Both the position numbers and the translations under genes were made by a program. From a virus, in the IMG/VR virus record IMGVR_UViG_3300035438_001058, positions 21,209 through 85,208 of that record: a stretch of 64,000 bases of DNA. One strand, 5' to 3'. This document shows positions 10,249 through 19,618 of the stretch, piece by piece (the first letter of the stretch is position 1; each line of letters begins with the position of its first letter). The notes under the pieces were generated by a model. It made no database searches, was not told the origin of the DNA, and worked only from the letters and a program-made list of their open reading frames with translations.

Positions 10249-10497
10249 AGATTTTGTTTTAAAAAAATAAAGGCCCCCTCAACAAACATCTAAGCGCTTG
10301 CTTTGAGTACTAAACAATATTAACGCCCAAAATCCCGAAACTCAGCCTCCCAGCCAAGCACAGAACCAAGAACATCTACATCATAATTCCCTAAAGTCTA
10401 ATTAGAAGAATAGTCGAGGAGGCCATGTTAAGGAGGAAGCGATTGCGGCAATGGTCCGCAACGGCGTACAATATATAACAAGCCCTCCAGTCGCTCG

Positions 10498-11034
10498 TCA
10501 CATAGATTTTAAAATCTCTATCCTCTTCCGTAAAGAAGGGATGTATAATTTGTCTTCAGCATATCTAGCCCCTCTGAGGTGGGGGAGATCTTCAAGTAGC
10601 TTCATATACTCCTCATTGTTATGTGGAGTTCTATTCTGCACAGCTGCTAACCTCAACATCATGCTTTGGTATTCCTTGTAATCCAGAATAGATAGAATGA
10701 TGTTCTTGTAGTAAGCGTGGCCGTTTTTCTCACCAGCACAAAACCCCCTCTTATTCAATTTCATGCCAAACATATTATTGTTTTCATGAAATATTTTAGA
10801 GGTGCAGAAATTAGTTTCGTGCACCATTTGCGCTGTAACTACTTCAGGAAATTTAATTCCTATACGTTGCAGGTATATGCACCAGCCCTTATAAACAAAG
10901 GCGGTGTCAATGTCAGTCGTCAATCTCTTTGGCGAGATCGTCGATGTCTCTGTGGACGCCTGAAACCAGATACGTCCCCCCAACAGGATTACGCCTGCGA
11001 GTATTATTAGGGTTATAACCAGACAGCTTCGCAT
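10498..11034 (-). CDS. GH73-like glucosaminidase with N-terminal TM anchor (TGA stop)
   Basis: AQMVHET...NNNMFGMK...YAED. Confidence 0.75.
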   Translation of the reverse strand: MRSCLVITLIILAGVILLGGRIWFQASTETSTISPKRLTTDIDTAFVYKGWCIYLQRIGIKFPEVVTAQMVHETNFCTSKIFHENNNMFGMKLNKRGFCAGEKNGHAYYKNIILSILDYKEYQSMMLRLAAVQNRTPHNNEEYMKLLEDLPHLRGARYAEDKLYIPSLRKRIEILKSM

Positions 11035-11377
11035 GGGCGGTCACTAGTTTAGAGGCTCTGTTAAAAGCCGCGAATATTGCGGGATATCCCCATTCAGTCC
11101 TGACTGTTGCTCTGAACGATCCGAATATTTCGGATCTTCGTTTTCCATCTTCAGTGATTGGGTTCTCAAGATTCAGCACATGGTTGACCACCGCCTTTGA
11201 ATCTGCTGCTAACACGGCTTGCCGCATCCTAGCAGTGATGAAATCCCAAGTTTCCTGCTGCTGTCTCCGGTTCTTAGCCAGAAACTCAACTTGTTTAGGG
11301 CTGAACTCTACGCACATACTGACAATCAGTATGTTTTTCGTGAATTCAACGTTGAAGTGCGTGGAGTACAGTTTCAT
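10913..11377 (-). CDS. Hypothetical protein (TGA stop)
   Basis: Starts in an ATGA overlap with the upstream gene. Confidence 0.6.
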   Translation of the reverse strand: MKLYSTHFNVEFTKNILIVSMCVEFSPKQVEFLAKNRRQQQETWDFITARMRQAVLAADSKAVVNHVLNLENPITEDGKRRSEIFGSFRATVRTEWGYPAIFAAFNRASKLVTAHAKLSGYNPNNTRRRNPVGGTYLVSGVHRDIDDLAKEIDD

Positions 11378-12009
11378 AGTTGGATTCTTTTTGGAAACAC
11401 ACGATTTATCTCGGCTAAGATGTCGTTAGCCATTCGGCTGTCTTTCCTGCGAGGTGACCACACGAATATCCCACGTTTATCCCCTTTCCTACCGATGGTT
11501 CCAGAAACAATGGACCCCTGCTGGTAATCTAGGGACTCTACCAACTCTTGCACTCCGTTTTGGAAGGGGACAAGTTGTGCGGTGCCACTAAACCAGTGAA
11601 CACCGTCTGTGTACAGGATGGGCCTGTTGAGGACTACAATTTGCAGAATCCCATCGACTACTTTTACGTAGGCGGCTTCCACAAGTTGAATATCATTGCC
11701 TTGAAGACTCCAGGAACTATGTTCCATAGACACGTCGCCGACAATGCAGAAATCATTGGGTCGATATCCTGTCTCCGACACCTTTTCCATCAACATATTG
11801 CGAATGAGAATATGCTGCATGGGGGTTAAATGTAGAAGAGGCGAAGTCGTCACTCTGTTAGTGCCCTTCCCTCCCGTGTGTATTCGGATGAAAGTGCGTA
11901 ACTGAGAGCTTTCGCCCTTGTTGACGACTTGTATTTGTGCTGCGCCAGGCAACTGTATGAAATCACCGTTGTCATACTCCAGGCGACTTCCCATTTCGTA
12001 AATGTTCAT
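11374..12009 (-). CDS. Hypothetical protein (TGA stop in ATGA overlap)
   Basis: ORF track. Confidence 0.65.
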   Translation of the reverse strand: MNIYEMGSRLEYDNGDFIQLPGAAQIQVVNKGESSQLRTFIRIHTGGKGTNRVTTSPLLHLTPMQHILIRNMLMEKVSETGYRPNDFCIVGDVSMEHSSWSLQGNDIQLVEAAYVKVVDGILQIVVLNRPILYTDGVHWFSGTAQLVPFQNGVQELVESLDYQQGSIVSGTIGRKGDKRGIFVWSPRRKDSRMANDILAEINRVFPKRIQL

Positions 12010-12022
12010 AGGTTCAATTTAA

Positions 12023-12051
12023 TAGGGGGAGTATATTTCAACTCCCCCCTG
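12023..12051. terminator. Intergenic hairpin
   Basis: agggggag...ctccccct. Confidence 0.45.
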
Positions 12052-12056
12052 GTTAT

Positions 12057-13100
12057 TTATGCTTCAATTTCGATTGATTCTGTTAGCGCCACTTTAGCGT
12101 CCAACAGTACTGCAGCCTCTTTTACACTGCGAAGTGCAGCTTTGGTGATGCTATCTTTCTGATCTTCCAGTGCTGCGAGTGCAGCCTTAATGCTCTTTTC
12201 AGCAGCGCTGATTGAGTCATAGGCCGTTTGGAGTTCGTCGGCTTTCAGGCCAAACTGTCCGGCAACTGCGGGTAGAGACTCTTCGTAAGCCACAGGAAGG
12301 GATTCCACCGCTTCTGTGGAAGGCAGCTCGGCCTCTTCCTCTGCAGAGAACAGAGATTCTACCGCTTCTGCGGTTTCTGTCTCCGTCAGTGGGGTGAACG
12401 CTTCTGGGGTCTGGATTGGCCCGAATGTCTCGGCCAGCAGTTCTGCTGCAGATCCGGCTTCAGATCCGGCTTCGGTGGGGTTTCCTCCCAGCATTGTTGT
12501 GATGAGCGACAACGTCATTTCGACGTCTTCTGCTGGCACCTCAGCGGGGTGGTAAAACGGAAACTCTGGGGAAGCTTGGTAAGCTTCGAGTTCCGCTTTT
12601 TGAAAACCTGCTACTACGCCACTCCAACGTGGAGAGGCAATCAGCTCTTGGTTTTCGTCGGATAGGTCCTCCCCACGCACAAGTTGCGAGAAAACATCAT
12701 AGCACAGCAGTTGAACTGCTTCTCCTTCAGGAGTCAGCCCCAACTGTTCGCGCGTTATAGATTTTACAGCCTCAGCTGTCAGATTCAGGAGACCAATGGT
12801 CTTTGTCATGTTGAGAGAATTTATGGTTAAAAAATTTGTGTTCTTCTCCTCTATAAGGAGCAATCCCCCAGGTACATTGTTGTACCTATGTGCGGTTTCT
12901 AAAGCTCTTGTTATGTAGACTTTAGGACCACGCCCTGTAAAATGGTCTGATATCACGCATACTGACGGGATAGCAAGATAGCTACGCGCTGGCTTGGTGT
13001 GGGTAAGACACCAAATACCGGAAGCAGTAGCAAATCCTGGACGCATTTTTTTGCATTTTTCGAAGCAGTTAAAGTAACTGAAAATCTCTATCTGCAACAT
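12057..13100 (-). CDS. Acidic Ala/Glu-rich protein with C-terminal coiled coil (start possibly 12809, MTKTIG)
   Basis: Composition, EAVESL and EAGS repeats. Confidence 0.6.
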   Translation of the reverse strand: MLQIEIFSYFNCFEKCKKMRPGFATASGIWCLTHTKPARSYLAIPSVCVISDHFTGRGPKVYITRALETAHRYNNVPGGLLLIEEKNTNFLTINSLNMTKTIGLLNLTAEAVKSITREQLGLTPEGEAVQLLCYDVFSQLVRGEDLSDENQELIASPRWSGVVAGFQKAELEAYQASPEFPFYHPAEVPAEDVEMTLSLITTMLGGNPTEAGSEAGSAAELLAETFGPIQTPEAFTPLTETETAEAVESLFSAEEEAELPSTEAVESLPVAYEESLPAVAGQFGLKADELQTAYDSISAAEKSIKAALAALEDQKDSITKAALRSVKEAAVLLDAKVALTESIEIEA

Positions 13101-14193
13101 AATACGCTTGCCCCCCTGAATTTTTACATAGTGTTACCAGCTTTGTATTTTGTTCTTCTATGATAAACGCAGTTATTGGAATTGAAAATTCCTTTAGATC
13201 TACGTCATCTTGCCCATCATTTATAATCACGATCTCTGTACGTTCCGGAAGCTGGATATCATCTAAGAACCCAGTTTCCATTGATTGTCTCAGTTCTTCT
13301 AATACACCACCTATGTATGTAGTCCCCCCATTTGGATCCCTATACTGTTTGGATTTAAAATAGTCGATAGCAGAGGCACTGTCTAGTAATACACATTTAT
13401 CTCGAGTAGTTTCGAAATAAGACAATAATATCACAGAATTACCCGCCAGTACCATCTCAAATAGACCATCCAGTATTTTTGTTACGCATTGGATTTTGTC
13501 ATCATTGCTCATAGAACCGCTATCATCTAACAGAACTACGAGGTATTGTCGCTCCTCTTCATACTTTAAAGGTAGGGCTATCTCTAGCTTTCCTTCTGCC
13601 ATGTTGAAAAAGAACTCGTCATCATCTAAGCACAAAGATTCTTCTGTTAAAAAGTCAATGTGTTCAGATTTCCTATAATACTTTCTAGCTGCGGCTACTC
13701 TTGGTTTGCCGTAAACTAGATTTTTTTCAGTAATTTCGGCTCTTTGCATAACCTCAGAAAATCCTATATCAGGAATATCTTCTGATGCTTCAAGAGACTC
13801 ATCCCAGTCGAGTGGTGTAAAGTCTCTAGAACCTTCACCTCCTTTTTTGTCGCCAGTACGCTTCTCTTCTCTCTCCATTTTCTGGAGCATATCCTCAAGC
13901 TCACCATTTTCTGCTAAGCTGTTTAAGGACGAGTCTGGGTAAGTAGACAACATCTCAGCATATTTCCAGCCGATATCCATAATGTCTGACGTATCTTCAG
14001 CAATTCTGCTTTCAATAGCACTCAGCCACTTTAAATCTTCGGGTATATCGTAAACCTCTTGGAATACCTCTCTTGATGCTGCTGCAGTTATGACAGACAT
14101 CATACGCAGAGCTCTAGCATTTAGCTCTTTTGCTTGAGGCAGAGCTCTTAACTCATCTACAGAAGGAGGTGCCCATTTATAAGGCTCTATCAC
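13069..14193 (-). CDS. von Willebrand factor A (MIDAS) protein
   Basis: VVLLDDSGSM, GGT, IIINDG. Confidence 0.85.
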   Translation of the reverse strand: MIEPYKWAPPSVDELRALPQAKELNARALRMMSVITAAASREVFQEVYDIPEDLKWLSAIESRIAEDTSDIMDIGWKYAEMLSTYPDSSLNSLAENGELEDMLQKMEREEKRTGDKKGGEGSRDFTPLDWDESLEASEDIPDIGFSEVMQRAEITEKNLVYGKPRVAAARKYYRKSEHIDFLTEESLCLDDDEFFFNMAEGKLEIALPLKYEEERQYLVVLLDDSGSMSNDDKIQCVTKILDGLFEMVLAGNSVILLSYFETTRDKCVLLDSASAIDYFKSKQYRDPNGGTTYIGGVLEELRQSMETGFLDDIQLPERTEIVIINDGQDDVDLKEFSIPITAFIIEEQNTKLVTLCKNSGGQAYYVADRDFQLL

Positions 14194-15185
14194 AGCCTAG
14201 GCCTTGATAGGTTCTCAATAGCGTTTTGCTGGAGAGCTTGCGCTTTCTTTACCAGGCCCTTCAATCTGCCAGAGTAAACCCCATCAGTTGGGATAACTTT
14301 AAGGTTTCTGATCAGTCGTTGAGCCAGAGCGAGCAGTTTTAGATGCTGCTCTACGTTCGTGGTTACTTCCGCCAAGTTGACGGTTTTCTCTATCTCCTCG
14401 ATTTCCGCTATATACGGGAATGAGGCTTCTAGAGCCAACAACTCGTCGTAAACCATCTGCGTCATACCCCTAAAGGTGCGCAGTGCTTGTAGTCCGCCGA
14501 TTTCATGAATTCGGCGCATCATCATTACATCTCTAGGGGATACTTCAAATCCCAAATCATGGCACTTTTCTGCGATGCGAGCAACTTGAAGATCTGAAAA
14601 GCCTCTAGCCTCGAACATGGATTGAAAGTCATTAGCGGTGTAGCTAGGCCACTCAACTTTATGAGTGAACGCAAATCGACCTAACAGGGCATTGCGACTC
14701 TGGTCCTTCCCTGCCCATTTAAGAGGGTCTACATTTGTGCAAATGATAAGGGTTTGCAACTTATTAGGTTCGCATACCCCGTTAATGCAAATGTAACCTC
14801 TCTGTAGACCATCTTTTAAGGACAGCAGGAGATCGTCAGGTGCGTCAAATCCTTCTTCAAGGATCGCGTACCGGCTTTTGAGAAACACAGTATCTTCAAG
14901 CACTGTTTTCCGTTTACCCTCTTCTCTGAGGGTTTTGATGTCTGTGTACCCGACAAAAGGGCTCGCATCCATCTGCTGGGAGCAGGAAGCGATGTACGTT
15001 TCTCCGTAAAAATTGGGCGTCATTATTTTCAAACAAGCCTCCGCTATGTCTGATTTTGCGTGACCGCCCGGTCCGTGTAGAATTATGTTACTCTTTGACT
15101 TTAGAGCGTAGTAAATCGCTTCTGCAGTCGTCTGAGAGTGAACAAACTGGGACGTGATGGTATTCAAAAATTCTGGTAATTCCAT
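14190..15185 (-). CDS. MoxR-like AAA+ ATPase (TGA stop in GTGA overlap)
   Basis: IILHGPGGHAKS, AILEE, ALLGRF, SPR; coupled to the vWA gene. Confidence 0.8.
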   Translation of the reverse strand: MELPEFLNTITSQFVHSQTTAEAIYYALKSKSNIILHGPGGHAKSDIAEACLKIMTPNFYGETYIASCSQQMDASPFVGYTDIKTLREEGKRKTVLEDTVFLKSRYAILEEGFDAPDDLLLSLKDGLQRGYICINGVCEPNKLQTLIICTNVDPLKWAGKDQSRNALLGRFAFTHKVEWPSYTANDFQSMFEARGFSDLQVARIAEKCHDLGFEVSPRDVMMMRRIHEIGGLQALRTFRGMTQMVYDELLALEASFPYIAEIEEIEKTVNLAEVTTNVEQHLKLLALAQRLIRNLKVIPTDGVYSGRLKGLVKKAQALQQNAIENLSRPRL

Positions 15186-15223
15186 TTTTTTTGGAGAGAG
15201 GACTTAATGCCTCCCTCCATTTT

Positions 15224-16021
15224 TTAATCATACTTGTGTAAATCGTACGTCTCGATTACCCGCACAATCGTGGCGGCATAATCTGGTGCAGTTGCATACC
15301 CGCATTTTTGAAGCCCCGACGCCCACGACCGATAGTCTTTTGACCAAAACAGCCGCTTGTAACGCTTTGCCTTCAAGAATGCCGAGTGTCTTTTGTAAGA
15401 CTCTTCCGCACTCGTGAACTTCAGGAAAAAATCTTTGTGGGTATCATCCGTGTAATTCGAGCAGTGGCCCCTTTTGCAGGCTTTTGAAAAACACTTCAAC
15501 CCAAAATGGTTGTTGTTCTTCACGGCCAGTGAGGACGTGCCCGCTCTAGACTCTATTAGCCCCTGAGCTAAGGTTATAGAGGCAGGGATTCCTGTGTTTT
15601 TTGCTTCCCGTTGGGCAATCCGAGCGAATTTCGCGATATACGCTGGTGCGTCATATTGCGGGGGCATTGCCGGGGCTTGTGGGTTAGCCGCCTTCTTTTT
15701 GACGGGCTTATAAACCATCTTTTCCGGGGCCTGTACTGCCTCAGGGATTGGTTTTGCCACTGCATAGGCGTACACCAGCCGTGGACTTGGGTTATCACTC
15801 GTCAACGCGGTTACAGCACATCCAATGGTAGCTGTACCTGTCGCAAAGAACAACACAATGCCCACTTTGGTGTGCATATTGACACTCTTAAAAAACTTTA
15901 TTTGTATGAGGAACCACTCATGCAGTTCCAAATCCCTCACACTTTTTGTCTTTCTATATGGTTGCAGTTCCATACTAAAAAAATTTTGAGATTTAAAAAT
16001 AGACTTGTATTTGAACATCAA
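15224..16021 (-). CDS. GH73 glucosaminidase/muramidase (FlgJ-like) with TM segment
   Basis: GIPASITLAQGLIES, NNHFGLKC, GYATAPDYA. Confidence 0.9.
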   Translation of the reverse strand: MMFKYKSIFKSQNFFSMELQPYRKTKSVRDLELHEWFLIQIKFFKSVNMHTKVGIVLFFATGTATIGCAVTALTSDNPSPRLVYAYAVAKPIPEAVQAPEKMVYKPVKKKAANPQAPAMPPQYDAPAYIAKFARIAQREAKNTGIPASITLAQGLIESRAGTSSLAVKNNNHFGLKCFSKACKRGHCSNYTDDTHKDFFLKFTSAEESYKRHSAFLKAKRYKRLFWSKDYRSWASGLQKCGYATAPDYAATIVRVIETYDLHKYD

Positions 16022-16080
16022 AGACCGCCCTGTGAATCTTTGTCGATGTGCAGTACAAGCCTTTGCCAGGACTTGAGTTG

Positions 16081-16320
16081 TTACTTTTCAATACTCCGCC
16101 ACTTCTTGCGGATATCCGCCAACTCTTTCCCGAACAAGTCGTCCGAAACTGTTGACTCGGAGTAAAGGGCATCTGCTTTGGCGTTGATCTGGGCCAGCGC
16201 AGACACCTTCAGATTTTCCAAATCCACTACCAGATTAGTGGATTTAGGAGGAGGTCTTAGGCTTCTACCTATAAGAGTCCCCACTATAGCGGCAGCTAGT
16301 ACCGCAAACATTGTTTCCAT
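16081..16320 (-). CDS. Small membrane-anchored protein
   Basis: N-terminal hydrophobic helix. Confidence 0.55.
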   Translation of the reverse strand: METMFAVLAAAIVGTLIGRSLRPPPKSTNLVVDLENLKVSALAQINAKADALYSESTVSDDLFGKELADIRKKWRSIEK

Positions 16321-16829
16321 AAGTCGTAAAATACTTTTTCGGAAGCACTACCATGAGCGTCTCCAAGATGAGCGAATATTCCCGCTTCAGTACATACCCA
16401 GTCTTCTATGCCCTCTCTTTTGAGACGGTTAATAAAGGCCAGTCTATATTTAGCGGGAACTTTGTCCACGTATTCTTTCGCACTATTTCTCAACACAAAT
16501 ATTGAATTTTGTGCCAAGACGGCGGTTTCCACTCCATTCACCCACTTTGGGTGGGTGTACTCGTGCGCAAACAGCAGAGTAAGAAAATCCTCTGCTGGAA
16601 TGTTTCTTTCTTTTTCTCCGTCGTAAGCACAAGTCACTAGACTTCCGTTTACGGTGATTTTTGGCAGCGAAGACCCTTTAGGGGGTTTCACTATATTGGT
16701 ACTAATCTTCCCCCACAAAGAAGGGAATCTGAAAGGGGGTTTGGCGTTTACACACCAACTGCTCCATGCTTTATACACACGGTACAGGTAAACCCCCAGC
16801 AAGATCGCGCAACCTAGAATTACTTTCAT
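16296..16829 (-). CDS. Hypothetical protein with N-terminal TM (start re-assigned to 16829)
   Basis: MKVILGCAILLG begins in a TAATG overlap. Confidence 0.55.
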   Translation of the reverse strand: MKVILGCAILLGVYLYRVYKAWSSWCVNAKPPFRFPSLWGKISTNIVKPPKGSSLPKITVNGSLVTCAYDGEKERNIPAEDFLTLLFAHEYTHPKWVNGVETAVLAQNSIFVLRNSAKEYVDKVPAKYRLAFINRLKREGIEDWVCTEAGIFAHLGDAHGSASEKVFYDLWKQCLRY

Positions 16830-17014
16830 TATTCCAGGTCTCTGCATCTGCACATTACTGAATCCGTAAGGATCCCATTTGGTTGGGTGTTTTCCCTTAC
16901 ACACTCCCAAAAAGTCTGGGTGTGGGAGTACTTTTCCCATTTGTCGTACAGCCATAAAGCCGCCACAAATATAGTAGCGACTTTTATGACTTTAAATAAC
17001 CGTTGTTTACTCAT
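16829..17014 (-). CDS. Small membrane protein with Cys motif
   Basis: MSKQRLFK start at 17014, TM segment, TAATG coupling. Confidence 0.5.
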   Translation of the reverse strand: MSKQRLFKVIKVATIFVAALWLYDKWEKYSHTQTFWECVRENTQPNGILTDSVMCRCRDLE

Positions 17015-17032
17015 ATAAATTGATTTGGTGAG

Positions 17033-17123
17033 TGCCAGCAACAGGAGTCGAACCTGTATTTCATTACACGAACCCTTGAACGGAGAACCGTATAATGCGC
17101 ATTACCGCTAATGCTATGCTGGC
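17033..17123 (-). ncRNA. tRNA-like RNA with elongated anticodon arm
   Basis: Acceptor GCCAGCA/TGCTGGC, D arm GCAT-TAGCGGTA-ATGC, T arm ACAGG-TTCGACT-CCTGT; anticodon arm is 36 nt rather than 17. Confidence 0.75.
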
Positions 17124-17251
17124 TTAAAACCCCCCACCTGCATTCAGGTAGGGGGTAAACCGGCTCTGATAAAGTGTGCCCTTTCGGGGCCTGTAGTACG
17201 CTCACGACTAAACAGTCCAGAATAATCGCGCGACACTTCCAGTTTCCTCTA

Positions 17252-17596
17252 TCAGGCCTTCCCGTGTAAATACTCATCCAACGCCGAATCTTTATCCGAC
17301 GCTGGATATGCTAGTGGGTTTAGAGGGTGCGTCTCATGTACCGCTCCATCTTTAAATATCCACCAGCGAGTTTCTTTGACTACTAAAATGTGCTCTACGC
17401 GACATTTTAAGTAGTACTTAAATTCAAACAGTCCCCTCTTCTCCTCTATAATGGAGATGTACTCTGTAACCATATGGTCCAAGAGTTCTGGGACACCTGT
17501 AATGCCTTTAAGGCAAGATAGAATACCGAACATTGCGGGTATGCTATCCTCCTGCGAGGACTTTATCTTTAGGATTGACCGGAGATGACTAATCAT
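17252..17596 (-). CDS. Hypothetical protein (TGA stop)
   Basis: ORF track. Confidence 0.55.
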   Translation of the reverse strand: MISHLRSILKIKSSQEDSIPAMFGILSCLKGITGVPELLDHMVTEYISIIEEKRGLFEFKYYLKCRVEHILVVKETRWWIFKDGAVHETHPLNPLAYPASDKDSALDEYLHGKA

Positions 17597-17759
17597 CTTT
17601 CGGTTTTTTTGCTATTACCTTAACATTGTTGCGCTTTAGGCGCTCAGTGCCAAGGTAAGTGTTACCTAAAGTTGGGCTAAACAGCGGGGTCGACCGCTTT
17701 TTCGGCTTAGGAAGTGGGGTATAAAAACCCTTGCTTTTCCTAACTTTTTCGTTTTCCAT
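17589..17759 (-). CDS. 56-aa basic hypothetical protein, below the track cut-off
   Basis: MENEKVRKSKGFYTPLPKPKKR...KPKDD*; fills the gap and overlaps both neighbours. Confidence 0.5.
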   Translation of the reverse strand: MENEKVRKSKGFYTPLPKPKKRSTPLFSPTLGNTYLGTERLKRNNVKVIAKKPKDD

Positions 17760-18072
17760 ACTCGAATTTTTTTCGGGGGTGGAACCCGTTTTGACGAAAA
17801 TGCTCTGCCAGGCTCTCTACTATATTGTAGTTCTCGTCTAGCTCGGTAATTACCGTTTTTACTTTTCCGTATCGCCAGATATGCTGGTTCCTGACGACGG
17901 TAATTTTTGAATTTGATAGCTCGTCTACTATCCGAGGGATAGTGTACCCCTGTTCGTGCATATCCTGGATCATGGATACGCAGAGCGACATCGACGGCGA
18001 GTGTGTGGAGAGCCGTAAATTCTCTGCTACAAATCGCAGTGCAAAAGCGGCCCCCTTTTCGAATTCTGTCAT
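17740..18072 (-). CDS. Hypothetical protein
   Basis: ATGA-coupled start. Confidence 0.6.
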   Translation of the reverse strand: MTEFEKGAAFALRFVAENLRLSTHSPSMSLCVSMIQDMHEQGYTIPRIVDELSNSKITVVRNQHIWRYGKVKTVITELDENYNIVESLAEHFRQNGFHPRKKFEYGKRKS

Positions 18073-18983
18073 AATCCGAATCTTACGTTTATGGATGAAG
18101 CCAGATTTTTTATAGGGCTCACACCCCTCTGGCCGTTTTTGATTTCACTGTAGTCTACTAGCCATCCAAACTGAATGGCTTTTTTGTACTTTACCTGCAG
18201 TAAAGTCTTAATACCAAACCCATTGTAAAATGGATTGGTGGGTAAAAAGAGTTTACTGTTTATGATACTTGTCGCCATGCTAGTAATGTCGTCAGCGAAT
18301 GGTATGTGCAGTTTGGATATTTCTGCGTTTACCATTTCTGATACATCAGGTACTAGCCCGACATTGTTTGAGGCATCAAGTGATGTTACCCAGTAGGGGT
18401 AAACATTTCCTGATATCCCCCATTTTTTGTACGGGGACGACTTTAATGAGGGGCTGATAATGTTGTACATATTCAGCTCTACCCTAAGATCAACCCTGCC
18501 ACTAATGAGTGGCTTACTAGCCTCCTCTTTGAGGGCCGCAATTGCGAGCTCCTCTAATAGGTGGCTTCTGTCAGTCAAAAGATCAGCTATTAAGCCGATT
18601 GATTTTGCTGAGTATATACTGGGTTGCTCCATTCTACCTTTACCCCATTGTATAGAGGCTTGGGCGTACGGTATTCCCAGAGTCACAGATTTGGTAATCT
18701 CAAATCCTCTAAAGGATTGAGTTCTTACCCCTGTAAGTGGGTTAATATCCATCAAGATGTTTTCGACACCTATTGGGATATTGAATCCTATCTGATTTTC
18801 GACATCATGAATGTCGCTCTGATTAATCTTGGCATCAAAATACTGTTCTAGATCCACTGTTGAGGTGGAGTAACGGTATTGTATGCCATTGTTCACATCC
18901 ACCACACTGTGGCTCAGGAATCTACTAAAGTAGCCCTGAGCCTGTGCGGATGTAGCGATCAGCACTAAAATGACGACCCTCAT
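18069..18983 (-). CDS. Secreted putative outer-membrane beta-barrel protein (TGA stop, ATGA overlap)
   Basis: Signal peptide ending AQA-Q; amphipathic strands; C-terminus INVRFGL. Confidence 0.5.
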   Translation of the reverse strand: MRVVILVLIATSAQAQGYFSRFLSHSVVDVNNGIQYRYSTSTVDLEQYFDAKINQSDIHDVENQIGFNIPIGVENILMDINPLTGVRTQSFRGFEITKSVTLGIPYAQASIQWGKGRMEQPSIYSAKSIGLIADLLTDRSHLLEELAIAALKEEASKPLISGRVDLRVELNMYNIISPSLKSSPYKKWGISGNVYPYWVTSLDASNNVGLVPDVSEMVNAEISKLHIPFADDITSMATSIINSKLFLPTNPFYNGFGIKTLLQVKYKKAIQFGWLVDYSEIKNGQRGVSPIKNLASSINVRFGL

Positions 18984-19618
18984 TTAATAAGGGTTATGTC
19001 GCCAAAGTATGTCAGGCCATCGGTTGTGATGACCCATATATACACGGCTGGCGGATAATTTGCACCGTCCCAGCCACTAAACTCATCATTGGTGTAAAAG
19101 CCAGAGCGGCTCCACACCTCTGATCCCCAACGGTCGAACACCATCATCTCCTCAATGAGGATACTCTCCTCACTTATTGGATAGATGAAGGCGTTTATTG
19201 TGTCCCCGTTAGGACTGAACGCATTCGGCACCCAAAACTTGGCCTTTTTCTTAGGCCCGACAATTGCTGTATCAATAACAGCTGTGTCGATGGGTGTATC
19301 ACAACTAGTGGCAACAACCACCTGATCGTATGCGCCAATGGTGGACTTTCCGTCATCATTGACTAACACGATTCTAGTGTACCACAACGTGCCTGGCGTT
19401 GTGATAATAATCATTGTAGAGTCTTCACCTCCCCCAAACACATGGCCGAAGGGAAGCTCATACTCAGCACTACCTCCCGTTATATCAAACGTGGAGTACG
19501 ACCCAGTGGCTGGGTCTGATGTTTCATACAGGTAAAATGGTTCGCCTACGCAAACCTCCTGTTGGGCTGCCACTCCTGTACTCAGTAGCAGCAGCCCTAT
19601 TAGGACCCTATAGATCAT
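18980..19618 (-). CDS. Secreted protein with T9SS type-B C-terminal sorting domain (gliding-motility-associated CTD / CHU_C)
   Basis: Signal MIYRVLIGLLLLSTGVAA-Q; CTD VPNAFSPNGD...VFDRWG...GWDG...GDITLIK. Confidence 0.88.
   Translation of the reverse strand: MIYRVLIGLLLLSTGVAAQQEVCVGEPFYLYETSDPATGSYSTFDITGGSAEYELPFGHVFGGGEDSTMIIITTPGTLWYTRIVLVNDDGKSTIGAYDQVVVATSCDTPIDTAVIDTAIVGPKKKAKFWVPNAFSPNGDTINAFIYPISEESILIEEMMVFDRWGSEVWSRSGFYTNDEFSGWDGANYPPAVYIWVITTDGLTYFGDITLIK

Noticed and set aside
17235-17256. Hammerhead ribozyme (CTGATAGA...GAAAC)
   Set aside because: No stem II between the core segments and the core does not match CUGANGA.
17011-17277. 88-aa minus-strand ORF
   Set aside because: Overlies the tRNA-like RNA and structured leader; likely a shadow ORF.
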